From assembly GCA_003344405.1 (NCBI GenBank), contig NOWV01000122.1:124001-188000 (forward strand): DNA of 64,000 bases. The letters run 5' to 3'. A model generated the notes under the pieces. The model saw nothing but the letters and a program-made list of their open reading frames with translations. It was not told the origin of the DNA and ran no database searches. The stretch comes from Trichoplax sp. H2 (Eukaryota). Position numbers and translations under genes: made by a program. This document shows positions 15,101 through 31,690 of this stretch, in pieces (the first letter of the stretch is position 1; every line of letters starts with the position of its first letter).

Positions 15101-18100
15101 GCTGAACGAAAAGCTGAGGCTGCTAAAGCTTCTGGAAACCATCACGAAGCTGAGCATTTAATCGCTGAGGGTAAAATAAATGCGAAGAAAGTTGTAACTT
15201 TAGCTGACGCCGAAGCTGAACTGTTGAAAGCATTAGATGAAGCTACTACAAATTTAACCCAAGTTAAAGCTCAAGTTGCAGCTCTTAAAGCTTCTGGCGA
15301 TGAAGAGAAAGCAATCAGGATGGAACTCCAAGCTGAAATACGTGCGGCAGAACTCAGAGATGCTGCTAGGATAGCTTATACCAGAAAAAAGGCAAAAGCC
15401 GATTCAGATGCTATTCGTGCTCTTGCTAACAGTAGTGCAGAATTAGCCCGTAAGCAAGGAAATGCAGAAAAAGCAGAAATGATATTAAAGGAAGCAAATA
15501 TTAAACTGAAAGAAGTTGAATTAATCGCTGAAGCAGAAATTGAATCAATTCTGACTGATGGATCGATTCAAAATGAGCTAAAGAAATCATTGGCAGAAGC
15601 GGCGATTGCTAAACTTAAAGGTCATAAGCAAGATGCTGTCAAGCTACAATATGCAGGTGAAGCAAGGGCAGCTATTCGGTCTTCAGAAATTAAAAGTAAT
15701 CTAGAAAAGACAAAGGCCGGCATTTTTGCTGATACAATTTTGCAGCTTGCTGAACTGAAAGCCGAAGAAGCAAAAGCTAAGGGAGATAATGTAGAAGCTG
15801 ATAAAATACTAGCTGAAGCAATGGCCAAAGCAGAATTAAAAAGAGCTTTAGCAGAAGCTGACGCTTTCGAATTAACGTCTGCTGGTAAGATAAATGCAAA
15901 TAGAGCAGAAACAAGTACCGCATCGGAAATCGCAAAATTACGCGGCGATCTGAAAGAATCTAACAAATTACAAACATCGAAGGAGATTAAAACTGCAAAA
16001 CAAACTGCTACAATGCAAGAAACAGTCGCTCAAATGCGCGCTGATGCTAGGGCTAAATATAATGAAGCTTCAGCTGCAACTGCAACCGCAGCATTTAAGT
16101 CAAAAAGTGATGAGATTAACGCTGAAGTTGCTTTAGCTATTAACAAAGCAGATAATGCGAAAATAGCAACCCTAACGAAAATTAAGGGTGACTTACAAAA
16201 GAAATTAGCGGACATTGAAACTCAAAGGCTATCAAAGTTAGGAGAAGCTGAAGCACTTCGATTAAAAGGAGAGATTGAAAAAGCTGATCAGATAGTTATG
16301 GAAGCGAACGCCAAAGCTGCTGTTGAGAAAGCTGAGGCCCAGTCTGCGTCCGTAAGGGCCTCTGCTGAAGCTGAAATTTTATATAACAAGCAATTAGCTG
16401 AAGCTAGAGCTACTGCCGCTAACAAATTAGGAGACCGACAGAAAGCAAATATGATCTTAGCTGAAGACGGTATAGAAGCTACATGTGTCAATGATACTGC
16501 TGAAGCTGAAAGTACGTTAATTGAGAAATTAGCAGACATCGAATCAGAAAAGATATTAAAACTAGGTGAAGCAGCAGCTGCTGCAGCTATTGGCGAAGAT
16601 GAGAAAGCAATTAGGCTAATTGCCACATCTAAAGCTAATGCAGCTAAAAAAGCCGCAGAAGCTAGAGCAGCTTTTACACTGATGCAGGCAGAAGCTGAAG
16701 TCAAAAAAGCGAACAGTTTAGCGAGAGCGGCTACCAAAAATGCGGCAACAGAAATTGAGACTATTGAGGCGAAAATGTTAAAGAATACCGCAGAAGCTCA
16801 TTCAAATTGTATCCAAGATGTAGCAGAAGCTAAGGCATCCCGTGCGATCTTACAGGGTAATGTCGAAGGTCAAGAATTTCATGCTATAGCTGATGCGGAA
16901 ATAGTTCTACTGAAACTTAAAGCGGGTGATATAGCTGAAGATGAGTGTAGAGAATACAAAACAGAAGCAGAAAAGATCAAAGTTAGCAATAAAGTTAATA
17001 AATTATCTACAATTACAAATGAAGATATCCGCGTATCCGATACTATTGCAAAGTCAAAGGCCGAAGAAATTACGAAGACTGCTGTAGAAAAGGCTCTAGC
17101 AGCTAGATCTAAAGCACAATGGATGGCGGCTGAAGCAAGACGTAAAGGAGAACAAGAGCAAGCCGAAGAAAAATCAAAAGACGGTGAATTGGAAGCAATT
17201 AAGTTAAATGCTGAAGGCGAGGCAGAAGCTGTAATTCTACTAGCTGAAGGTGAAGCGGAGGCTGCTGAATACAGTTCAGAATGCGATGCAGCGACTGCTC
17301 TAGCAAAAGCCAATTTTAGAGCTGAAGAAGCCAAACTATATGGTGATGTGGAGAGAGCGATAGAGATTAATAAAGAAGCTGCTGATGATGCTCTTAAATT
17401 TAGAGCTGCAGGTAAAGCCAAAGCAATACGTATCAGGGTCGAAAGTAAAGCACTAGCTGCCATGATAAAATCTGAGGCAGAAGCTGAAATTGCTAGAATG
17501 GTAAATGATGAAGAGAAAGCCGAGGAATTGATTGCTGATGGATTAGTTGAAGTAGAGTTAATAAAATGTGAAGGTGAAGTTGCTGCTGAAAGGCTTCTTG
17601 CTGATGCTGATGTTGCCATATTGCGGAAGAAAGGCCTAGAAGCAGAAGCGGTCACCTTAATAGCTGAGAAGGAAGCACTTATTGCTCGAATAATTGCTGA
17701 AACTGAATCTAGAATTGCAGCTATTCGAGGTAATAAAGAACGCGCTAAGAAGATCATTGCTAAGAATGAACAGTCATCTAAAATGGTTTTCACTGTTGGT
17801 GATATCGCTGCTAAAAATTATCGAATGCGACAAGGCGTATTTAGGCCTAAGCCAGGTCCAAAAGGTGGTCGATTAAATGATATCGGTAACAAAGATTACT
17901 TTTCTCGTGATGGTCAACGTAAACTCGGTCCACCGTTTAATGATAGAGGAATTGGCGATATAGGCACTAAGGCTTATCGATTAAGGGATGGAGATAAGCA
18001 AGACAATCTTTATAAGCATAGAGATCATGATCTACTTGACATTGGAACAAAATTATATCGATTCCGTGAAGCTATCGTAGTGAAAAAAGCTGCTCCGCGG

Positions 18101-19946
18101 ATCTCAGTTGATGACCGAATTAAATTAGCTCAACAAAGATTAATAGAGTTAGAAATGAAGCGACAAGAACACGCTGAACGAAAGCGTGTCCAGAGAGAAG
18201 AGCGAATTAAAAATCTAGATGCTCATAAGCGAGGTTATAAATAATTATAATTTGCTGTTATTCTTAGCTTGTTAAAAGGTTATTGAATAGTTATATTGCT
18301 AATATTTACTGTAGGGTATAATACTTATTTATGTATTGATTAATTTTTACTTCTTATCAATTTCTAATCATTTATGATTTATTTATAGCGATGCGCTTAA
18401 AGTATAAGAAGAGAATAGTTAAGAAACCCCCAGAAAAGTTACAGCCTACCCTACCACCGACAGCGAATGATATGGAGAAATTGATGAAGCAACGAAGACT
18501 TTCTAGGAGATTATCCAAACCTAAGTTGATTAAGGAAAAGACGGAAGTAATTGTTCCCGAAGAGCCACCTAAAGAGCCTGAAGTTGTTGAGGAAGAAGTC
18601 AAGGTTGAAGGTAATTTTTGATCTAAGCGGGTAGTAATTCATATTAAAATTATACTACAAACTCCTTCTGTTACATTTTGTAAAATGAATCGTAATTATA
18701 TTTACTATAATTTAATCGTCTACAGAAAAAGATGAGAAGGCAGAGGAAGCAAAGAGAATGGCTGAGGAGGCCGAAGCCGCTCGCAAACTAGCAGAAAAAG
18801 CAGCTATTGAAGCAGGTACATATTTAACGAATTTTAATTTAAGTAATGTAATTATAAAAGATTTCAATCTAATGTTTTAGTTAGAGCAATTAAATGAAAG
18901 AATTAATTAAATGGTATAATGGTCAACTATATTGAAAATTGAAATTGTAAACGATTATGTTAATCTTAAGTGTTATAAAATGGCACTAGTTGATCGAATT
19001 TCGAATAAGGTGTGTATTTAATTTCAATAGCTAGTGAAAAAGAGAAAGAAGAAGCAGAGGAAGTTCTTAAAGTGGCTGACTCTCAAGCTCGAGCGCAGAA
19101 AAATAAAGCCCTTCGAGCTAATCTCGCATCTGCCGTCTCTGCTCGCGATAGAGTAAAGATTGAAATCGCCATTGAAGAAGTCACACCACTTGTTGAAGAA
19201 ATCCCAGAAGTAAAGGAAGAGATAGATGACGCTACGAAGGTTTACAAACGTTTGACTGGGCAACATTTGGTCGACGTTGCTATTGAAACCCGGAAAATGC
19301 CCGATGTAGAAAAAGCTGTCATTTACGTTAAAAAGGAAGGCTTAGAGGAATTTATTGGTGAAAAATTCAATTATGTTTCCGACGTTTATGGTCGATTGAA
19401 ACGGTTGGAAAAGATGCGACAAGAAGTTGTCAACTTAAAGCAGACGAACGTTGCTGAAATTCGTAGTTATCAGAATCCTCATCCTTCAGTCCGCAATATT
19501 ATGATTGCAACTCACATATTATTGGGACACACTGAAAAAGAGGTTCGTAATTGGAAAGTTATGCAGGCTTTGATTGGTAAAACTGGCAAACAAGGATTAA
19601 AAAGACGTGTCGATGATTGCGATACCGATAATATTCCTCTTCAAGCAGCAAAGAAAGCGCAATCTCTCATTAAAGGATTAGATGTTGATTCTGTTCGTGA
19701 TATTAGCGGTGGAGCTGGTGTTTTCTTTGGTTGGGTATGTATAAAATGTTTATAAATGTATACGAATTAATTATACCTATAGAAATATCTTAAAGATGTT
19801 TTGAAGTCTCTATTTATGCATCATTTATCAACTCTGCATTATTATTGGAGTTGATCAACATTAGAACTTACTATTATTGCTGTAAAATAATTTAGGTCCA
19901 AGGTACTGCCGAAGTGGTATTTACAAGGGAAGAGAAAATTGGTTAA
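164..19946 (+). CDS. Giant (~6378 aa) Ala/Glu/Lys-rich alpha-helical/hendecad repeat protein with C-terminal dynein-stalk MTBD-like domain. Exons 164(147)-18233, 18389-18610, 18726-18815, 19031-19734, 19896-19946
   Basis: The 6026-codon ORF is followed by four GT-AG introns whose phases all match (1,1,1,0), giving 19137 nt ending ...FFGW|VQGTAEVVFTREEKIG*. A polypyrimidine-tgtag acceptor at 145-146 is followed by in-frame codons to ATG 164, so the gene may start upstream of the window. Confidence 0.85.
19423..19910 (+). other. Dynein heavy-chain microtubule-binding-domain (stalk tip)-like domain, split by intron 19735-19895
   Basis: EVVNLKQTNVAEIRSYQNPHPSVRNIMIATHILLG...NWKVMQALI...DTDNIP...SVRDISGGAGVFFGWV follows the MTBD pattern L-x-K-x-(D/N)-x-x-E-(I/L)-(R/K)-S-x-x-x-P-(P)-x-x-V...LLG...W...(D)xxNI...V-x-x-x-S-x-A-x-x-x-x-x-W-V. 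Recognised by eye, not by HMM. Confidence 0.7.
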
Positions 19947-21931
19947 TGCCACTTAGCCATTTATGACAGGATCATATTAAAATTGTCGGTAATACTTATA
20001 TCGTCAACGCTCTAGTTGGATTGTATCTTAATCGATACCATATTGTCCATGTCATAAAATTTATTATACTCATATGAACGTTATAAGTGATGCGTGTGTA
20101 ATATGTTTAATTTTCATTCCTAGTTCAGAATAACAACTATAACATAGATGATGTGCTATGGAATGCTAAGTCGTCTAAATTTTACTTATGTACGTAATGT
20201 CAGTCTAACCCTCGATACCGAATATTGATTTAAAATTTAATTTCAAACCTTATTAATAATTTCTTACTTGCTCTTTATTGCTTTACGCCTATAATAATTA
20301 AATCGAACGATCGATACTAAAAGTACTAGTATCTGAATAACAGGATTCGACAAATCCCAATTATGGACTGCTCTTATTTTATAAGCAAAAAAAGTTTAAC
20401 ATCATTCTTTTTTGTTTTGAAATTAATATTAATCTTCTATATTTCCAATAAAAATTGCATGCCTATTTTTGTATGATTGAAAATACTTTTGATAAAGCAT
20501 TTGGTAAAAATACTAGCTATTATATTTCGTAGTCATGATATCCTAGGTGAAACTTTAACTCCCTAATGCCTTGGTATCTTGGTATAGAATAATGTACATC
20601 AGTTTGATATTAAAATAAAAATAACAAAAAATCAAGTATACCTAAAGAATTATCCCTTACTTTTGCTTTGTTTATTCAGTGTAAACTAAATTTAAAGCTA
20701 TACTATACTTGATACTTGAAATAGTCGTTAAAATGTAGCTAGAATGATGTTAACCTGTACAAAAATAACATTTCGAGTTACCTACCCTTTCGAATGCTAT
20801 AAGTTTGTACGAGCGTAGAATCTGTATAAATTATTCAATTTTTACGTAACTAACGCAATTAGTAACCTATATTTAGTCTAAATTTCTTGTAACCAGCTCG
20901 GCTGCAATCAGTAAACATTCGTCTGACTCTTCCAGTGTGACGTTTGCATTAATAATAATTAAATATTAAGTTGCAGTAGCAACAAATCACTGTTGATTCT
21001 GAGGTTAGAGTAATAACTTGGCTTCAATCGGGCTAAGGAATCCGATAATACAATATCACTAAGAAATCGTTATAGTCAATGTAATAGTTTATCGCTATAT
21101 ATATACACTGTACACGAGTATATATGTATATATATATATATTACAGGCAGTAACCGTTCCAAGATGTATTTTAACAACATCCAAAATGAGCTATACTTTA
21201 ATTAAGCATTCAGGTAAGGCTGAGGGCAGTTAATTATTCCAAACTTCACGATAAATCATTTACAATGACCCTGAGGACATACAGACATACACGACTTTTA
21301 TACACGTGAAGTAGGTTAACGAAGTTTACAAAATAAACATAAGTTTTTAGCGTACTATGCGGAATTTAGTAAGTACAAAAGGTTAGATTCATCATACGAA
21401 ATAAAGATAATTAATAATAAAATGAGCTAAAATAACTAGATAGGACGGATCATATTAATAATAATCAGATTATAGGAGTGTTTTACAAGAGATATTGTTG
21501 AAATTGATATACTGTAAAGAAAAATTGTTATTAGATAATGGTAAAATGAATGAATACATGGAACAAGTAAAGAACACATCATTGAGTAGACTGGAGAATC
21601 ACATAAATTATTATAGCACATGATGCAATTTTTACACTGAATCAGATATACGCAACATTTACAAATGTAGTACTGGCAAAATGGCCTATTCCATTGCAAA
21701 GATCTCTTCCCTTCACAAATTTAAAGCAGCATGATGAAATAATCACGTAAAGAATCAAGACGAAACAATTTAAATACCAGAATATGACAAGCAAATTTGG
21801 AAAAAATCAGGTTAATGTAATTTGAAATGAAAAAAAATCTACAAAGAAAGCTAGATCATGTAAGTATACCACTATTACTAACATACCAGTAATTCAACTG
21901 GGGAACTGTAGATACTGAATAATATTCAATT

Positions 21932-26351
<4,420 letters not shown>

Positions 26352-26479
26352 TAATCGATTCCAATTAGCAGGATTCTATTGCTAAGAGTTCCAATATGGA
26401 GGAGAGAAAATTTTCCAACAACAAGCTTGATCAACGCCTGACTGACCACCACAAGCCATTCAATGGTGTTGAAGTCACT

Positions 26480-28300
26480 TGCTCCCAAGTCATTTTATAT
26501 GGTGTAAAATAGATGTCGTATATCAATTATACAATATACTATGAATTAGGCCTAGTTTATGACATCTACTTTACACGGATGCGTACTATACCCACACTTG
26601 GTCCAAGGACTTGTATGGTCAGCGCAGTAGGTTTTCCTTCTCATACTGAACACTGGTGCTACGCACCAGTTTACGACTGTAGGCTGCCATACTGTCCAAT
26701 GTCCAGTTGTCCATAGTGCTGCATCATGATCTTTCTCGACCTTGAGAACCGTGGGGACGGACGGACAATGGTGGAAATCGCTCATAGTACAGTATACAGA
26801 GCTGGATACATTGTAAAGGTCATTATACTGTAACCCTTGAATAACAGTACTGTTTGTGCACTACCCAGAAAGCTCATTCAAAGCTTCATTCAAGTCATTC
26901 CAATGGTGTAAAGTCAGTCAAGATTGTGTAAAATAGATGTCGCATATAAGCTATACGCTATAGTATTAATAATGCGTAGTTTACGACATCTACTTTACAC
27001 ACAAGGGTACTATACCTACACTTGGTCCATGGACTTGAACGGTATGAGCAGTAGGTTTCCTCCTCTTACTGAACGCTGGTGCGTAGCACCAGTTTATGAC
27101 TGTATGCTACCATACTGTCCAATGTCCAATTGTCCATAGGGTTGCGAAAGACCTTAAGAACCGTTGGACGGACGGACAATGATGAAAATCCTCATAGCAT
27201 ACTGTACTCTAAACTCGTCTACAGGTCTGCATACTGTAACGCTTGAATGACAGTACTGTTTATGCTCAACCCAGAAAGCTCATTTAAAGCTTCATTCAAG
27301 TTATTCAATGGTATAAAGTCAGTCAAGATTGTGTAAAATAGATGTCGTATACAAGCTATACGCTATACTATTAATAATGCGTAGTTTACGACATCTACTT
27401 TACATAAAAGGGTACTACTGTACAGTATACCTACACTTGGTCCATGGACTTGAACGGTATGAACAGTAGGTTTCCTTCTCATACTGAACACTGGTGCGTA
27501 GCACCAGTTTACGACTGTATGCTACCATACTGTCCAATGTCCAATTGTCCATAGGGTTGCGAAAGACCTTAAGAACCGTTGGACGGACGGACAATGAAGA
27601 AAATCCCCATAGTATACTGTACTCTTACAATACTAGTCTACACTCGTCTACAGGTCTGTATACTGTAAGGCTTGAATGACAGTACTGTTTATGCTCTGAC
27701 TGTATGCTACCATACTGTCCAATGTCCAATTGTCCATAGGGTTGCGAAAGACCTTAAGAACCGTTGGACGGACGGACAATGATGAAAATCCCCATAGCAT
27801 ACTGTACTCTTACAATACTAGTCTACACTCGTCTACAGGTCTGCATACTGTAACGCTGGAATGACAGCACTGTTTGTGCACTACCCAGAAAGCTCATTTA
27901 AAGCTTCATTCAAGTTATTCAATGGTGTTCAGTCGGTCTAGATTGTGTAAAATAGATGTCGTATAGAAGCTATACGCTACACAATTAATAATGCCTAGTT
28001 TGCGACATCTACTTTACACACAGCCTTACTATAGCTACACTTGGTCCTTGGACTTGTACGGTAGACGCAGTAGCTTAGCCTTCTCCTACTGAACACTGGG
28101 GCCTAGCACCAGTTTACGACTGTATGCTACCATCCTGTCCAATGTTCAATCGTCCATAGCACTACAGAAGAACTTCCCCGACCTTGAGAACCATGCGGAC
28201 GGACGGACAATGGTGAAAGATCACCCATAGCCCGCTGTACTGTAAATGTCCCTATACTGTAAGACTTGAATGACAGTACTGTTTGTGCACTACGGAGGAA
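26480..28300. repeat. Tandem repeat, ~405-425 bp unit, 4 copies plus an internal partial duplication, between divergent AMMECR1 and CLNS1A
   Basis: gtgtaaaatagatgtcg at ~26502, 26926, 27331 and 27945. The block ctaccatactgtccaatgtccaattgtccatag...ggacggacggacaatg is repeated. Confidence 0.93.
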
Positions 28301-29043
28301 GCTCCTCACGCAGCCATCAAGACTTCGATGGAAAGCTGTTTCTTTTACCTCTTTCATCCTTCCATCTGGACTACTTGTACTATTCCTTGTGTTCCTGATA
28401 TAGTCAGGAAAAGAGAGAGAAGGTGACGCAGTGCCGAAATAGGCAGACTTATCCTCATATTTCGAGTCATTCTACCGCTAAAAATCCTATGTCAGCTTCT
28501 TGGAATAACATGGATGGACATTGGACAGTATAGTGTATGGTTATGGACATACGGTACAGTTCAAATGACCAGTAAAATAATCGCCCTACACGATTTAACT
28601 TAACTGTGTGGCCATGTTCTGTCCGTCTGTAAACCCGTCGGTTACGCCTTATGGCATGGAACTCATACAGAAAGAGGCAAACGAGAAAATTACTTTGGTT
28701 TAGTATCGCCTAACAGATACTACTTGCGCTACGTATTCTTCGTCATCCAGCAGTACGACTACTGCAGCTGAGGTTGCTTTCGACCGACCTCACTACCCGT
28801 TCATGAGGAAATTGCAACATTGCATATCCGAAGCTTCAAGATAGACAGTAAATTCTCTAGAAATAAAGCATCCATTGCATATCTCAATCAATATAACGCG
28901 TTCAGCAAAAGGCATTGAAGGGATAGCTTGCATTTGCAATTTGGTAATATCAGGATACTGTGGTTGCAAACACAATAAAACCACTACCTAGCCCATTGGC
29001 TCTCAGCAAGTCGATCGATCATCTCTATCGTTGCTCTTCCATC

Positions 29044-31690
29044 ATGATTGTTTTAACCCAGGTCGCTATACCCACTGAGAATGTCTTCTGCAAGCAAGAA
29101 AATTGCAAAGCTGTCCTCAATCACCAAGACTATGGTACAGGTACCTTATACATTGCTGCAAGGTAATAACCATGATTTAGCCATCATGTCATTCTAGTGG
29201 ACATGATATTGACGAGTACTGTTTAATCGATCCTGCACTTCATGATGCTGATCGTGAATGAATGCAAACTATCTTGCGATTGTTCAATATCCATACTAAT
29301 ACTGTAATGATTATTAACTACCAGCATGTTAACATGGTCCAACAACGAAGGTAATGGATTGAATCTGGAATACCCTTCCATCTCGCTCCATGGTGTATCG
29401 AAAGATTTGAGCGTTTATCCTCATCCATGCATTTACTGCATGCTTGATTTACAATTGAAGGGTAAGCGTAGAAATAGCAATGCGTACTGACTCAGATGTT
29501 GCAATACTGTAGCATGCAATAACCTGAGATTAATCTTGATGTTGATAGACCAGATCAAAGTACGACTCTTTTATCCCTTCATTTTACCATTAGCTTACAA
29601 CTTCAACAATTCTATACAATCTATTCAAATGGTTACAATTACTAAACTCATATCTAAAGATTGCAATAGCATGGCTCAAGTTAGCAAGAGATTATAATTT
29701 ATGCTTGTGGATGAGATCAAAGTACGACTCTTTCATCCCTTCATTTTTCCACTAGCTTGCAATTTCGACAATTCTATACAATCTCTTTAAATGGTTAGAA
29801 TTACTAAACTCATATCTAAAGATTGCAATAGCACGGCTCAAGTTAACAAGAGATTATAATTTATGCTTGTGGATGAGATCAAAGTACGACTCTTTCATGC
29901 CTTCATTTTCCCACTAGCTTACAATTTCGACAATTCTATACAATCTCTTCAAATGGTTAGAATTACTAAACTCATATCTGAACATTGCAATAGCATAACT
30001 CAAGTTAACAAGAGATTATAATTTATGCTTGTGGATGAGATCAAAATGCGACTCTTTATCCATTAATTTACCTCTAGCCTGCAACTTAGACAATTCTGTA
30101 CAATCTTTTCAAACAAACAGCTAAAACTACTGTACAGTACTGATATCTGTAAGATCGCAATAGCATGCAACAAGCTAACAAGAGATTATCATCATGTTAA
30201 TAGACTAGATAAAAGTACGGCTCTTGATCCCTTAATTGTACTACTAGCTTGCAATTTAGACAATTCTATTCAATCTCTTCAAATAGTTAGAACTTTAGCA
30301 CTAACGTCAGTAACATTACAGTAGCATGCAAACAAGAGATTATCATTTGTATTTATGGATTAGATCAAAGTACGACTCTTTATCCATTAATTTACCCCTT
30401 GCTTGCAACTTAGACAATTCTATACAATATGTTCAAACAGTTAAAACTGCTGTACTGATATCTGCAAGATTGCACTAGTATGCAACAACTCAATAGAGGA
30501 AATTCATCTTCATGCTCATAAAACAGATAAAATACCACTCTTTATCCTTAATTTTAGCTCTAGCTTGCAATTAAGATAATTCTATACAAATATTAAAAAT
30601 GATTACTGCTGTACTACTATCCTACATTGCTGTGTTGAAATTTAGCAACAATAATCATGCTCAATAACTTATTCCTACTAACGATGTATATTGCCTTTTG
30701 CTAACATATCTATATGATAGATGAAAATGGAGACGAGCAGTCTGTCGGCGAACTCATCCTTGCCCCAGAAGAGGAAGCATCATGTAAGCACATCGTACTA
30801 ATCATTATTAATGTTGTCTCAAGTAATACATAAATTGATCCACGTGCCGTCAATAACGTCTAGAAAGATTTTTTTTGGATATTACCATTTCAATACATAC
30901 AGCAAATAACTATATGGGTATGAAAGAGAATTTTCCTATTGCATTCACTACCTAACTGTAATGTTACTATTATACACATAACATAGTGGAAGATATTTAT
31001 AACGCCATAGCAGATTGCCAAGCTTTACATCCAGATGATGAAGATGAGGATTTGGAAGATGGTATGTAGCTTAGTTTGTATCTATACCATTTAACTAATA
31101 TAAGCGTACATTATACCTCAAATGAAAAGCCCTAAATATTTATTTAATAACAGTCGAAGAAGAAGATGAAGATATAAATGAGGTATGCAAATAATGTATA
31201 GTCAAGTTATAAAATTATGATACAATACTACAGTAGTGTTATTGTGGTATAGTTTTCACTACCTCAGGGACATATCTCTATTGATAGTATTATAGCATTA
31301 GTGTTGTTCGTGTGTAGGCTCATTTCACGATCTTGTTTTTATATCGTTTGTAGGAAGGAAATGGGACTAGTTCGGTAGATATGCCAAGTCAGCAAGAATT
31401 TCAACACATGATTGAAGATCAATCCACTTGTGAGTAGCCTATCATAATACTTGCTACTAATGATTGTAAGCAAGATCAATAATAATTCTGCATTGTCGGA
31501 AAAATTAATAAGGGAGCTCTCGTTAACCGTCGGTGTGATGATAGTTATAGAACACCCTAAAGGAATTTTGTTAACTAAAGTGCTGTATATTTATATTTTT
31601 ACAGCTGGCTATCAAGATGGAAATATGGTCTCCACAGAGCAATCAAATCAAAATAATGATGGTCAATTTGATGATGCTGATGACCATTAG
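29044..31690 (+). CDS. CLNS1A: Methylosome subunit pICln (~194 aa). Exons 29044-29162, 29325-29461, 30721-30783, 30987-31061, 31154-31182, 31354-31429, 31605-31690
   Basis: The translation contains GTGTLYIA, LEYPSISLHGVSKD, DCQALHPDDEDED and C-terminal GQFDDADDH, matching pICln motifs. All junctions are GT-AG and in frame (585 nt). Confidence 0.93.
29490..30620. repeat. Tandem repeat, ~162 bp unit, ~7 copies, in CLNS1A intron 2
   Basis: agatcaaagtacgactc-like anchor at 29552, 29714, 29876, 30038, 30207, 30362 and 30525. Confidence 0.92.

Noticed and set aside
439-17793. Many antisense and alternate-frame ORFs (e.g. 16879-17793, 304 aa) within the giant exon
   Set aside because: These are shadow ORFs produced by GCT/GAA/AAA codon bias. 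The Ser/Ala/Phe/Leu-rich translations have no independent features.
164-18244. Giant ORF as a prokaryotic or phage gene (tape-measure, TolA or surface protein) ending at 18244
   Set aside because: Phase-consistent GT-AG introns extend it, and the neighbours are intron-rich eukaryotic genes. The 18244 stop lies in an intron.
19031-19946. Fragment of a true dynein heavy chain
   Set aside because: There are no AAA modules or returning stalk coil. The gene stops 16 codons after the MTBD-like domain.
21097-21141. (TA)n microsatellite; also 39900-39917 and (ATC)n at 42218-42238
   Set aside because: Ordinary short simple repeats.
26480-30620. CRISPR-like array, or coding potential of ORFs in the repeats
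   Set aside because: Whole units are repeated with no unique spacers, no cas genes are present, and the short ORFs are not conserved in frame between copies.
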